Part shown: in pieces, positions 52,980 to 62,551 of the stretch
Numbering within the stretch: the stretch's first letter is position 1
Layout: each line of letters starts with the position of its first letter
Assembly: GCA_002360495.1 (NCBI GenBank)
Contig: DEQO01000196.1
Span: 5,638 to 69,637, forward strand
DNA length: 64,000 bases
Source of the DNA: Flavobacteriales bacterium UBA3364
GTDB lineage: Bacteria; Bacteroidota; Bacteroidia; Flavobacteriales_F; PHOS-HE28
Direction of reading: 5' to 3'
Program-made: the position numbers and the translations under genes
The notes under the pieces: model-generated
Database searches by the model: none
Seen by the model: the letters and a program-made list of their open reading frames with translations, nothing else
What the model was told of the DNA's origin: nothing

Positions 52980-53111
52980 ATGGAACCCAAATACAGAACC
53001 CTCGTACAAGCCGCACTCATCGCTGTGGTCATCGCCTTCACCATCCTGGGACATACGAGCGAAAGTGGCGATGAAGCCCTTGCACAAGAGACCAGCCAGG
53101 GTCACCGCTGA
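52980..53111 (+). CDS. possible 43-aa single-TM peptide
   Basis: MEPKYRTLVQAALIAVVIAFTILGHTSE, lying between two operon genes. Support is weak (length only). Confidence 0.25.
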   Translation: MEPKYRTLVQAALIAVVIAFTILGHTSESGDEALAQETSQGHR

Positions 53112-53122
53112 ACACACGCATC

Positions 53123-53623
53123 ATGCGCTCCGCAACCCTTCTCCTTCGTTCGCCAGGCCTGCTCCTGCTGGTCGCGGCGTTGGTCACGGGCTGCAAGAAG
53201 GACGCGTTCATCTATGACGTCGATCCCGTGGACCTGGGCCGGTCCGATGGCGACAAGGACCGCGAGAAGACCAACCAGGAGTATGCTGCGATCCTGCATG
53301 CCAACCTGTTCCAGACGGCGCTCTCGGCCAACGATCTGTACGAGATCGACCAGTGTATACAAAGCATCGGGGACAAGCAACTGGCGCGGGAGGTCATCAT
53401 CAGCAACTTCATGAACAAGCCCGGGGTGATGATCCCGTCGGACTCCCTCATGCATGCCGATGTGGACGCGTTCATCATCGACACGTACAACCGGTTCCTG
53501 GTGCGCAACCCTACCGAAGCCGAGAAGACCTGGTTCCGCAACACCATCGCAGCGGACCCGAACGTGACCACGGAGCTCATCTACTTCTCCTTCGCCCTCA
53601 GCGAGGAATATCTGTTCTACTGA
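53123..53623 (+). CDS. lipoprotein with DUF4214-like motif
   Basis: MRSATLLLRSPGLLLLVAALVTGC lipobox; TYNRFLVRNPTEAEKTWF. Confidence 0.6.
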   Translation: MRSATLLLRSPGLLLLVAALVTGCKKDAFIYDVDPVDLGRSDGDKDREKTNQEYAAILHANLFQTALSANDLYEIDQCIQSIGDKQLAREVIISNFMNKPGVMIPSDSLMHADVDAFIIDTYNRFLVRNPTEAEKTWFRNTIAADPNVTTELIYFSFALSEEYLFY

Positions 53624-53634
53624 ACCTCAGGACC

Positions 53635-54966
53635 ATGGATCGAAGGAAGTTCATCAAACGAACAGGAGCCGCTGCTGCGGGCCTCTTCGCCGCTCCGTAC
53701 ATCCTGCCCAGCGGTCGCCTCTTCGCTGCTTCCGGAGCGCAGCTTGCGGAGCATGTCGTCTTCGTCCTTTTCGCTGGTGGCGTGCGCCAACAGGAGACCG
53801 TGCTGCAACGCTACATAGCCGATGCGCAGGACGATACGGTGGAGGGTAACATTCTCTACAACATGTTGGATGGCGCCCCACCGCCCGAGAAGATCGTATA
53901 CGGTACGGGCTTGGGTGGCATCAACCCGATCCAGCCGATACTGGGCCAATCGCTGCAGCAACAAGGGACGCTTTTCCGTGAGATGCGTGCCGTGAGCGCC
54001 GGCCACTATGGAGGGTTGAACTCCTTGTTGCAAGGGAATACGGCTGCGACGCAAGGTCTTCAGCAGAAACCGTTGAACCCGACGATCTTCGAATACCTGC
54101 GTCGCCATGGTGGTCTGCCTGCGACGAAGACCTGGTTCATCGGGAACTCCATCGGCAACAGTGTTCCCTTGCTGAACTACAGCATCAACCCGAACTACGG
54201 CGCCCGGTACGGAGCGAACTTCTTCGCGCCCAATGTCACCTTCGGACCTGCCGGCGACCAGTATCTCTCCGACGCGAAGGTCTACCATCCGCAGGACCAG
54301 CTCGATCCCATCTACGAGATGAAGGCTTTCCTCGACAACAGCTTCGAGCATCTCGGTAGCGTGCCCACCAGCATCGGCAACACGGCGGAGGAGAAACAGG
54401 ACATCAAGGCCTTCATGGAAGAGATGTTCACCAAGACGCAGAACGGAACGATCGCGCACCCGCCTGTGCATGACAGCGGTGATCTCACCACCGTGGGCTA
54501 CGCCTGCGAGGTGATGAAGTGGTTCAAGCCGGCGTTGACCGTGGTGAACATGAGCGGAGTGGATGGCTGCCACAGCAGTTTCACGGGCTATCTGGCAGCC
54601 ATGCATCGCGCAGACCATGCCGTGGGCCATGTTTGGGACTTCATCCAGGAACAGGTTCCGGAGATGGCCGGCAATACCGTGATCATCGCGATCCCCGAAT
54701 GCGGCCGCAATGGCGAACCGAACGCCATCCAGGACCAGAACGACTGGTACTCTTTCGATCACAGCGACGCCAACGCGTTGCGTGTGTTCGGCATGATGGC
54801 CGGCGCGAACGTGCCATCCAACCTGGCCATCGGCTCCGAGGGGAACCAGGTCGGTATTGTCACTGATGTTGTTCCCACGATCGCGGAGATCCTTGGCGTG
54901 AAGAACGAGGTGATCGGTGCCGGATTCCTGAGCCCCGGTACGCTTTCGCTCTTCGATCGGATCTGA
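53635..54966 (+). CDS. Tat-signal protein, DUF1501/sulfatase-superfamily-like
   Basis: ATG at 53635. MDRRKFIKRTGAAAAGLFAAP is a twin-arginine leader. The family assignment is from memory only. Confidence 0.6.
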   Translation: MDRRKFIKRTGAAAAGLFAAPYILPSGRLFAASGAQLAEHVVFVLFAGGVRQQETVLQRYIADAQDDTVEGNILYNMLDGAPPPEKIVYGTGLGGINPIQPILGQSLQQQGTLFREMRAVSAGHYGGLNSLLQGNTAATQGLQQKPLNPTIFEYLRRHGGLPATKTWFIGNSIGNSVPLLNYSINPNYGARYGANFFAPNVTFGPAGDQYLSDAKVYHPQDQLDPIYEMKAFLDNSFEHLGSVPTSIGNTAEEKQDIKAFMEEMFTKTQNGTIAHPPVHDSGDLTTVGYACEVMKWFKPALTVVNMSGVDGCHSSFTGYLAAMHRADHAVGHVWDFIQEQVPEMAGNTVIIAIPECGRNGEPNAIQDQNDWYSFDHSDANALRVFGMMAGANVPSNLAIGSEGNQVGIVTDVVPTIAEILGVKNEVIGAGFLSPGTLSLFDRI

Positions 54967-54969
54967 ACC

Positions 54970-55911
54970 ATGCGCATCACTTGGATCGTCATAGCGCTCG
55001 TCCTGCTCATCCTTGCTTCGTGCCGGAAGGAGACGCCGAACCCGTACGATGAACTCGAGCGCCGCTCTCCCAATCCCTCCGTGGAGAGTATCCCACAGGA
55101 CAATTTTGCGTGGATCCACCAGCGGATCCTGCGCCCGAACTGCGCCTTGAGCGGTTGCCATGACGGCACCTTCGAGCCGGAGTTCCGGAGCATCGGAAGC
55201 GCATACAACTCGCTGGTGTTCCATCCGGTGATGGCGAACACCCCCCAACAGACCTTCACCTACCGCGTGCTGCCGGGTGATGTCCAGGCTTCCTTCCTGC
55301 ACGAACGTCTTACGGTATCCGTACCCAACACTTCCGGCATCATGCCCCCGGCCCTCGCGGAGAACAGTGACTGGCCCGCTAACGCCGAAGCTTACCGGGC
55401 GGCCATCTTCAGTTGGATCGCCAGTGGGGCGAAGGACATGTTCGGTGGAACACCGAGCCTTGGCAACCTGGAGCCTCAGGTCACGGGGATCCTCGCCTTC
55501 GCTGCAGGCAGCACCACCAACCCTTACCCGCGCGGAACGGACGAAGGTGTGCAGCCCATCGAAGTGCCGGCCGGGACGATCGATCTCTGGTTCGCGTTCT
55601 CGGATGATGGGACGGCGAGTACAGCGCTCATGTACAACAAGGTGAAGATCGCCACCTCTACGAATGCCTTCGAAACCGTGCCGGAACTGGAGCTGACCAC
55701 ATCTTCCACGCTCACGGGTCCTGATCTGGGGAACAGTACGGCGACGTACACCCATCGTGTGCAACTGCCGCTCGGAAACTATCCCGTTGGCACTACGCTG
55801 TTCGTTCGCGTGTATGTGGATGATGGTGATCATTCCTCACCGACCGAGATCCCCAACGAAGGGACCACCTCCCCGATGCTGGACTACTTCACCCTACGGA
55901 TCGTCGCATGA
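54970..55911 (+). CDS. lipoprotein with C-x4-CH motif (PSCyt-like?)
   Basis: LILASC lipobox. IHQRILRPNCALSGCHDG resembles the heme-like motif of Planctomycete-type cytochrome domains, but with x4 spacing. Confidence 0.6.
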   Translation: MRITWIVIALVLLILASCRKETPNPYDELERRSPNPSVESIPQDNFAWIHQRILRPNCALSGCHDGTFEPEFRSIGSAYNSLVFHPVMANTPQQTFTYRVLPGDVQASFLHERLTVSVPNTSGIMPPALAENSDWPANAEAYRAAIFSWIASGAKDMFGGTPSLGNLEPQVTGILAFAAGSTTNPYPRGTDEGVQPIEVPAGTIDLWFAFSDDGTASTALMYNKVKIATSTNAFETVPELELTTSSTLTGPDLGNSTATYTHRVQLPLGNYPVGTTLFVRVYVDDGDHSSPTEIPNEGTTSPMLDYFTLRIVA

Positions 55912-56360
55912 GAACGGGCATCATAGCGATCTGGTGCACGCTCGTGCTGATGGCCTGCAAGAAGGAGCAAGCCGACATCATGCCGATGGAACCCGAGATC
56001 GAGCTGATCAGCATCGGTCCGTCCGCTGTGGTGGAATTCGAGCAGCCCATCATCCTGCGGTTCAGCTACAAGGATGGGAACGGTGATCTCGGTCGTATCG
56101 ATCCGGACGATCATTCGCTGTGGGTCAAGGACAGTCGTCTCGCCGTTGCCGATGGTTATCACATCATCCCGCTCGCACCTCCCGATACGGAAGTGCCCAT
56201 CCAGGGGGAACTGGAAGTGGAGCTGGATCCGCTTTTCCTACTCGGGAACGGTGCTGAAGAGATCATGACGTATTCCTTCCACGTGGTGGACAACGCTGGT
56301 AACAAGAGCAACGAGATCACCACTCCGGCGATCGTGATAACCGCACAGGACAGCCTTTGA
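55908..56360 (+). CDS. hypothetical lipoprotein
   Basis: MRTGIIAIWCTLVLMAC lipobox. ATGA overlap with the upstream stop. Confidence 0.6.
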   Translation: MRTGIIAIWCTLVLMACKKEQADIMPMEPEIELISIGPSAVVEFEQPIILRFSYKDGNGDLGRIDPDDHSLWVKDSRLAVADGYHIIPLAPPDTEVPIQGELEVELDPLFLLGNGAEEIMTYSFHVVDNAGNKSNEITTPAIVITAQDSL

Positions 56361-56370
56361 GCGAAAGCCC

Positions 56371-59300
56371 ATGCAGCACCTTCGGAACATCGCGCTTGCA
56401 AGCACCATGGCCCTGGTCATGTGTTCGCAAGCACAGGTGTTGCCCGAGTTCAACATGACCGATACGGTCGTTACCATCTGCAAGGGGATATTGCTCGACA
56501 GCGAAGAGGGACCCGGTGGCAACCTTTACGGTAACAACGAGGACTTCGTCTTCACCATAGACGCCGGTAGCCAGATCACACTGGTGTTCCAGCCCGTCTT
56601 TTGCCTCGAACAGGGGTATGACTTCCTGACCTTCCACAACGGTCCGTCGGTCAACTCCCCGCAGATCGGGCCTTCGTATTCCGGCACCACTGCTCCACCG
56701 CCGATCACCGCCAGCAGCGGGGTGCTGACCATCCACTTCGTCAGTGACCCGACCGTGGCTTACTGCGGATTTGAAGCGCAATGGACCAGTATTGTGGCAC
56801 CACCCGTACCACCGGTGATGACGATCCCGTCCGCGCCCGTGTGCGGAAGTGGTACCATCGGCCTGCGATTCAGCTATCCCATCGCGTGCGATTCCATCGC
56901 GCCTGGAGCGTTCAGCATAACGGGCCAGGGAGCCCCCGCGGTGACCGGTGCGGGTGCTGTGGGGTGCAATGGTGGGGAAACGGTGGCCATGCAACTGTCG
57001 GTCGACCCCCCGTTCGAGCGGAACTGCCCCTACACCGTCTCCTTCCGCATCGGTATCTACGATCGTTGTGATTCGCTATGGTTCTTCACGATCACAGCCA
57101 ATACCCAGGTCGTTTCATGCCCCATCGCTGTCGAGGTCCTCGCTGAGCGGGACACGATCTGTTCCGGGAGTTGTGTTGACCTGACCGCCGATGTGAACGG
57201 ATGTCTGACCTATACCTATGCGTGGGACAATGGTCTCGCCCCCGTGCGAGGCCCCATCTCCGTCTGCCCCACGGCGACAACGACCTACTCCGTGACCGCC
57301 ACGGAGACAGGGACCGGTAACCAGGCTTCAAATACCATCACCATCGTCGTATTGGATCCGCAGGTCGTGGGTGCACCGGCTACCGTCTGTCAGTCGCTGG
57401 ACGCGTTCGATCTGGTCGGCTCTCCACCGGGTGGCTGGTGGACAGGCGATGGTATTCTGGACAGCCTTTCCGGGACGTTCGATCCGGACACGGCGGGACC
57501 AGGGGCACATGTGCTCACGTACGGAATTCCCGGCGGATGCGAAGCGGCGATCACACTCTTCGTTGACAGTATGGATGCAGGATTGGATGAGGCGGCATGT
57601 CCGGGTACAGCGCCGTTCATGATCCAGGATAATACCCCGCAAGGCGGGACCTGGAGCGGCCCTTTCATCCAGCCGAACGGCCTTTTCGATCCTTCAACAG
57701 TCGGTTCCTACGTTGTCACCTATTCTGCCGGCAGCTGCTCGGATACGAAGACGATCAACGTCGACAACATCACCGGGCAAACACAATTGGACACCGTATG
57801 CCAGAGCACGTTCCCGTTCGATATCCCCGTGCAACCTTGGGGTGGTCGTTGGTCGGGTGCCGGTATCGTGGATACGCTGCGTGGCACTTTCGATCCGGAC
57901 GAGGCAGAGGGAGGTACGCACATCCTGACCTATGCCTTGCATGGATGCGATCGACAATTCACGATCCATGTTAAGCCCGTGGACATCGGGGGGAGCCGAA
58001 GCGCCTGTCCGGCGCAGCCTGCGCCATTTGCGTTGGATCCGGCAGCATTCCCGGCAGGCGGGACCTGGGCAGGTGGTGGTATTGTGGACGCTTCGAACGG
58101 AACCTACGATCCGGTGCAAGCCGGCAATGGATGGGATGAGCTATTGTATTTCGCCCCGAACGGCTGTGTGGACACGATCGGGATACTTGTCGGATACACA
58201 GCGGTGGATGATGACACGCTATTCTTTTGCAGTAACTCCGATGAGCTGAAGCTGGATGATGGGACCACCGGCCGCACTCCGTGGGACGGCACTTGGTCCG
58301 GTCCGTCGATCAGCCAGAACAGCGATGGCGACTGGTTCTTCGATCCACAAGAAGCCGGTGTCGGTGTGCATGTGTTGCATTTCGATGCGAATACGTGCGG
58401 TGATTCGTTGCTGGCCATAGTGCATCCCGCATCACTTGCGGTGACCGATATGACGGTGTGCGCGGCCATCGCTCCATTCCCTCTTGCCACGGTCCCACCA
58501 GGGGCGACTTTCAGTGGAGCGGGGGCGGACAACGATGGAATGTTCGACCCGGCGGCAGCGGGGGAAGGGACGCATATGATCCACTACGACACACCGGCCG
58601 GTTGCACGGATTCCGTTCTGATCACCGTGATACCGTTCGTACAAGCGGAGCTCGGTGGGGTACAGGACACTTACTGTTCCAACGATGTGGAAGTGACGAT
58701 CACGTTCTCCCCGTTGGGTGGTGTTTTCACCGGAATGAACAGCATCACCTTCAATCCATCCACGTTGACGGACGGCGACTACACGTTGGTGTACCAATAC
58801 GGCTCCGGGGACTGCCAGTCCACCGACACCCTGCACTTCACGGACCATCCCCCGTTGACCACCGAATTGGTGGTGAGCAACAACCCGATCTGCACCGGCG
58901 GTGGGAGTGAGATCCAAGTGATCACAAGCGGCGGCGACCCAGATGGGCTGATCGACCATCAATGGGACAATGGACTATTCCCCGCGGCCACGCAAAACGC
59001 TTCGCCGACAACGACCACGACCTACCATGTGCTGACGACCGATGGTTGCAGCGATGTCGTTGCGGATAGCATCACGATCGTGGTACACCCACCGTTCGAA
59101 CCGCAGTTCGCCTTCTCGCCCATGCAGTGCCACGGCGACCCCGGCTACGTGATCGGATCCGTGACCGGAACGGGCACGTACACGTTCTCATGGGATCTTT
59201 CGCCCACGGATATGGTAGGGGATAGTATCGCCCTTCCCGCCGGTGGCCTTGCCTTCGTGACGGTGACCAACAATGAGACGGGATGTGCCACGGACAGCCT

Positions 59301-59853
59301 TATCCGGGTGCCGAGCTGGCCCGCCATCACCGCACTGTTCAGCAGCAACCCGAATGAGGAGTGCATCGATTTCGATCAGCGGGATGTCACCTTCATCGAT
59401 CTCAGCAACAATGCCGTGGCCGGTTTCTGGGTGATCAATGGAGATACGGTCCCTTACGAATTCGGCGTGAACCCTCACTTTGATCTCGGCACTGCCGGGT
59501 ACTACGAGACGCAACTTGTCGTATGGAACGAGGGGAATTGTGTGGACAGCATGTCGCTGGACATGTGCATCCGTGATAGCGAGGCCATCTTCATCCCCGA
59601 TGTCTTCAGCCCGAACGGTGATGGCAACAACGACGTGCTCTTCGTGCGCGGGCCAACGATCATCGAACTGGACTTCGCCATCTACGATCGCTGGGGTGCA
59701 AGGCTCTTCAGTACCACCTCGGTGGGCAACGGTTGGGACGGGACCGTGGACGGTGATCAAAGCACAAGCGGCGTGTATCTCTACACCTTGACCGCACGAA
59801 CGGAGGATGGTGATGAGCTTGTACGGACCGGCAACATCACCTTGGTGCGATGA
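56371..59853 (+). CDS. large adhesin-like protein with T9SS type B (CHU_C) C-terminal domain
   Basis: Signal peptide MQHLRNIALASTMALVMCSQAQ. Many Cys-containing Ig-like repeats (G.FDP...G.G.H.LTY). C-terminus: IPDVFSPNGDGNNDVLFV...YDRWGARLF...GVYLYTL...TGNITLVR. Confidence 0.85.
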   Translation: MQHLRNIALASTMALVMCSQAQVLPEFNMTDTVVTICKGILLDSEEGPGGNLYGNNEDFVFTIDAGSQITLVFQPVFCLEQGYDFLTFHNGPSVNSPQIGPSYSGTTAPPPITASSGVLTIHFVSDPTVAYCGFEAQWTSIVAPPVPPVMTIPSAPVCGSGTIGLRFSYPIACDSIAPGAFSITGQGAPAVTGAGAVGCNGGETVAMQLSVDPPFERNCPYTVSFRIGIYDRCDSLWFFTITANTQVVSCPIAVEVLAERDTICSGSCVDLTADVNGCLTYTYAWDNGLAPVRGPISVCPTATTTYSVTATETGTGNQASNTITIVVLDPQVVGAPATVCQSLDAFDLVGSPPGGWWTGDGILDSLSGTFDPDTAGPGAHVLTYGIPGGCEAAITLFVDSMDAGLDEAACPGTAPFMIQDNTPQGGTWSGPFIQPNGLFDPSTVGSYVVTYSAGSCSDTKTINVDNITGQTQLDTVCQSTFPFDIPVQPWGGRWSGAGIVDTLRGTFDPDEAEGGTHILTYALHGCDRQFTIHVKPVDIGGSRSACPAQPAPFALDPAAFPAGGTWAGGGIVDASNGTYDPVQAGNGWDELLYFAPNGCVDTIGILVGYTAVDDDTLFFCSNSDELKLDDGTTGRTPWDGTWSGPSISQNSDGDWFFDPQEAGVGVHVLHFDANTCGDSLLAIVHPASLAVTDMTVCAAIAPFPLATVPPGATFSGAGADNDGMFDPAAAGEGTHMIHYDTPAGCTDSVLITVIPFVQAELGGVQDTYCSNDVEVTITFSPLGGVFTGMNSITFNPSTLTDGDYTLVYQYGSGDCQSTDTLHFTDHPPLTTELVVSNNPICTGGGSEIQVITSGGDPDGLIDHQWDNGLFPAATQNASPTTTTTYHVLTTDGCSDVVADSITIVVHPPFEPQFAFSPMQCHGDPGYVIGSVTGTGTYTFSWDLSPTDMVGDSIALPAGGLAFVTVTNNETGCATDSLIRVPSWPAITALFSSNPNEECIDFDQRDVTFIDLSNNAVAGFWVINGDTVPYEFGVNPHFDLGTAGYYETQLVVWNEGNCVDSMSLDMCIRDSEAIFIPDVFSPNGDGNNDVLFVRGPTIIELDFAIYDRWGARLFSTTSVGNGWDGTVDGDQSTSGVYLYTLTARTEDGDELVRTGNITLVR

Positions 59854-60923
59854 GGAAGAACGCCACCATAACAGCCTTGCGACCGGAGTCGATCGGCGCG
59901 GCGTGGCGCTTGCTTTTCGTTGTGCTGGGCTTGCTTCTAAGGTCGGTGATGATGGGACAGGACGTCCACTTCGGACAATTCTTCAACGCCCCGCTCGTGA
60001 TCAACCCCGCCAACGCGGGCGATATCGAAGGGGATCAGCGGTTCGCATTGATCCACCGTGAACAGTGGCGCAGCGTGGGGAGCCCGTTCCGGACGGATGC
60101 CTTCAGCTACGACGCCCCCGTTCTAAGCGGCAAATTGGGCGGAGGGCGGTACCTCGGGTTGGGGTTGAGCGCCTTCAGCGACAAGGCCGGCACCTCCCAA
60201 TTCGGGGATACACAGGGGAATTTGAGCGTGGCCTATGCCATCCGGAGCGGTCACGGAAGTTTGCTGGCTTTCGGCTTGCAGGGCGGTTACGGCCAGCGCA
60301 GCGCATCGCTGGATGGCATGCGCTGGGATAGCCAGTACAACGGTGCGGGTTATGATCCTTCGTTGCCGACCAATGAGTCCATACCGAACAGCCGTACCTC
60401 GTTCGTGGACTTTTCAGCGGGAATGCTGGCAAAAGGCGAATTGAAGAGCGGCGTGCAATGGAAAGGAGGTGCATCGGTCTTTCACCTGAACCAGCCCCAG
60501 GTCTCACTGTTCGGGTCGAGCGAGGACCGGTTGATGCACCGGTTCGTGGCCCACGGTGAATTACGCATGGATGGCAAGCGTTGGATCTGGTTGCCGAAGT
60601 TCTTCGTTGCGCAGCAGGGCGCAAGCCGTGAGATCAATATCGGTGGATTGATGCACCGACGCATCGGAGTGGACAGCCGGTACACCACCGACAAGAACTC
60701 CTCGGCGCTCTACTTCGGGTGCTTCTACCGTGTGAACGATGCCATCGTGCCCATGGTGCAGTTCGAATGGCAGCGCAAACTGGTCGGAGCGATAAGCTAT
60801 GACATCAACATCAGCAAGTTGCGGACCCAGACCATCTACCGGGGTGCGATGGAGTTGAGCCTGCAGTGGATCGGCGTGTTCCGCGATAAGCGCATGCGGT
60901 TGCCGAACAGTACGTTGCGCTGA
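59850..60923 (+). CDS. PorP/SprF-family T9SS membrane protein
   Basis: QDVHFGQFFNAPLVINPANAG is the family's N-terminal signature. ATGA overlap with the upstream cargo gene. Confidence 0.8.
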   Translation: MRKNATITALRPESIGAAWRLLFVVLGLLLRSVMMGQDVHFGQFFNAPLVINPANAGDIEGDQRFALIHREQWRSVGSPFRTDAFSYDAPVLSGKLGGGRYLGLGLSAFSDKAGTSQFGDTQGNLSVAYAIRSGHGSLLAFGLQGGYGQRSASLDGMRWDSQYNGAGYDPSLPTNESIPNSRTSFVDFSAGMLAKGELKSGVQWKGGASVFHLNQPQVSLFGSSEDRLMHRFVAHGELRMDGKRWIWLPKFFVAQQGASREINIGGLMHRRIGVDSRYTTDKNSSALYFGCFYRVNDAIVPMVQFEWQRKLVGAISYDINISKLRTQTIYRGAMELSLQWIGVFRDKRMRLPNSTLR

Positions 60924-60925
60924 GG

Positions 60926-61537
60926 CTATTGTCTCTTCACGAAGCGATACCCCCCCTTCTCCGCTCCCCAGACTTGTTCCCCGGCATCGTTGTAGCCGCG
61001 GTCCCAACTCACCATCAAGCCCGGGGAAATGGTCACCTCGCTCGTGGCGTACGTTGCCTTGCCCCAAGCATTCGCACACTTACGGCCGTCCGTGCTTCCT
61101 GTGAACGCACCATCCTTGTAGGTCAACGTTATGGCGCATCCCTCCAAGGCTTGTAATGAGTCCAGCGACAGGCCCTTGAGCTTTTCCGGCTGCGCGAAAG
61201 CACCATACCAAGCCTCGCCCCCATTGATGCTCATGATCGTGCTGGTGAAGGTATTGGCATCCACCTGTTCCACATGGTACACGCGCTGGCGATAAGGCTT
61301 CTCTTTTTTCGCCGCTGTGGCCTGTTCAACGTACAGCCAAACGCCATCCTTGGCTTCCGTATTGAATCGCACCATTTCCAACTCGATCTCGAAATAGTCG
61401 GTGTCCGACTTTGCCTGTTCAATGCTGCTGAAGGTGCCTTGCATGTATGAGGCCAGAAGGTCGAAGGGCGAAGCCTCTTTGTCTTGGCCGAAGGCCGAAA
61501 GACCGCAGAAGAGAACGGGTAGTGTCAAGTTACGCAT
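60926..61537 (-). CDS. CpcT/CpeT (DUF1001)-like protein
   Basis: ATG at 61537. Signal peptide MRNLTLPVLFCGLSAFGQ. MQGTFSSIEQA...GVWLYVEQA...KPYRQRVYHV. Confidence 0.65.
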   Translation of the reverse strand: MRNLTLPVLFCGLSAFGQDKEASPFDLLASYMQGTFSSIEQAKSDTDYFEIELEMVRFNTEAKDGVWLYVEQATAAKKEKPYRQRVYHVEQVDANTFTSTIMSINGGEAWYGAFAQPEKLKGLSLDSLQALEGCAITLTYKDGAFTGSTDGRKCANAWGKATYATSEVTISPGLMVSWDRGYNDAGEQVWGAEKGGYRFVKRQ

Positions 61538-61611
61538 GGCTCCAGGTACTGAAGTGGATGATAGGAGGTGATCTCTTGGTGGGAAGGACGCGTCGAAGAG
61601 GGGAACGAAGG

Positions 61612-62541
61612 TCAACCGCCCCGATGGAACCTGAGTTTTTCCAATAGTTCGTCACCCATACCGATGGCAGCGCGACGTTCTTCATGCCCGGGCTCGCGCT
61701 CCTCGGGACGCAGGCCGGAGAAGATACCATACGGTATCGGTCTGTGTTCTTCATTCGCAAGATCATCGAAGCATACAGCGTATGTGCAGGGGTATATCAT
61801 TCCACGTTCCAGCCAACGTCGTACGGTCCGGTGTTCGCGCACCTTCAATGGTGCGGACACATGGAGCAAAAAGGTCTCGAATTCGTCGTTCACACCGTAG
61901 ATAGCAATGGATGGGACCTTCAATTTCCCTGTCAAGAGACTATCGAACGTGAGGTCGTGTTCTATGATGATGGCGTCGTAGACCTGCTGTGCTTCGGGTT
62001 TTTCGGCGGGATCGAAATATCCCAGTGAATCGATGATGAATTGATGACGTCGGTTCAAGCGTGTTACCGGTGTGGGCATGCCCTCGTTCGGGCCATCCGC
62101 ATATTGTGGCAATGACCGCCGGAGCAAGGTGCAATCAGCAATGACGCTCTCATACCAGAGAGAGTCCGCCGCCGATCGATACACAGGTGCTGAAAAGAAA
62201 AGCCAACCGAACGGAGCATGTTGTTCGATGCTTTTCAGATATGACAGTCGTGCGGCTGCGGTATCGCCTAACGCAACCTGGCACAGGGCACGTGCAAAGG
62301 TCTCCGTTGGCATCAGGCCATATCGTTCTTCCAGTTCGTTCAGCAGCGCCAATGCTTTGGAGGTATCGCCCTGCATCATGTATTCCTGCACCACCAAGCA
62401 GCGCTGGTGGTACCGGACGAAGTTCTTGGCATGGGCCGTTGATGCACCGGCGAGGATGTTGAAAAGGAGCGCGAACCCCAAAAGACGCTTGGGGGTCCAG
62501 CGGTTTCCATAACGCCGCTTGGTGGAAGCCGATGCGATCAT
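61612..62541 (-). CDS. hypothetical exported protein
   Basis: ATG start. Leader LLGFALLFNILAGASTAHA. No family recognised. Locally AT-richer. Confidence 0.5.
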   Translation of the reverse strand: MIASASTKRRYGNRWTPKRLLGFALLFNILAGASTAHAKNFVRYHQRCLVVQEYMMQGDTSKALALLNELEERYGLMPTETFARALCQVALGDTAAARLSYLKSIEQHAPFGWLFFSAPVYRSAADSLWYESVIADCTLLRRSLPQYADGPNEGMPTPVTRLNRRHQFIIDSLGYFDPAEKPEAQQVYDAIIIEHDLTFDSLLTGKLKVPSIAIYGVNDEFETFLLHVSAPLKVREHRTVRRWLERGMIYPCTYAVCFDDLANEEHRPIPYGIFSGLRPEEREPGHEERRAAIGMGDELLEKLRFHRGG

Positions 62542-62551
62542 CTGTGAAGGG

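Noticed and set aside
53617-55833. 738-aa minus-strand ORF spanning the Tat-protein and lipoprotein genes
   Set aside because: It is a shadow ORF with Arg/Gly/His-rich composition. The plus-strand genes have signal peptides, lipoboxes and coupled starts.
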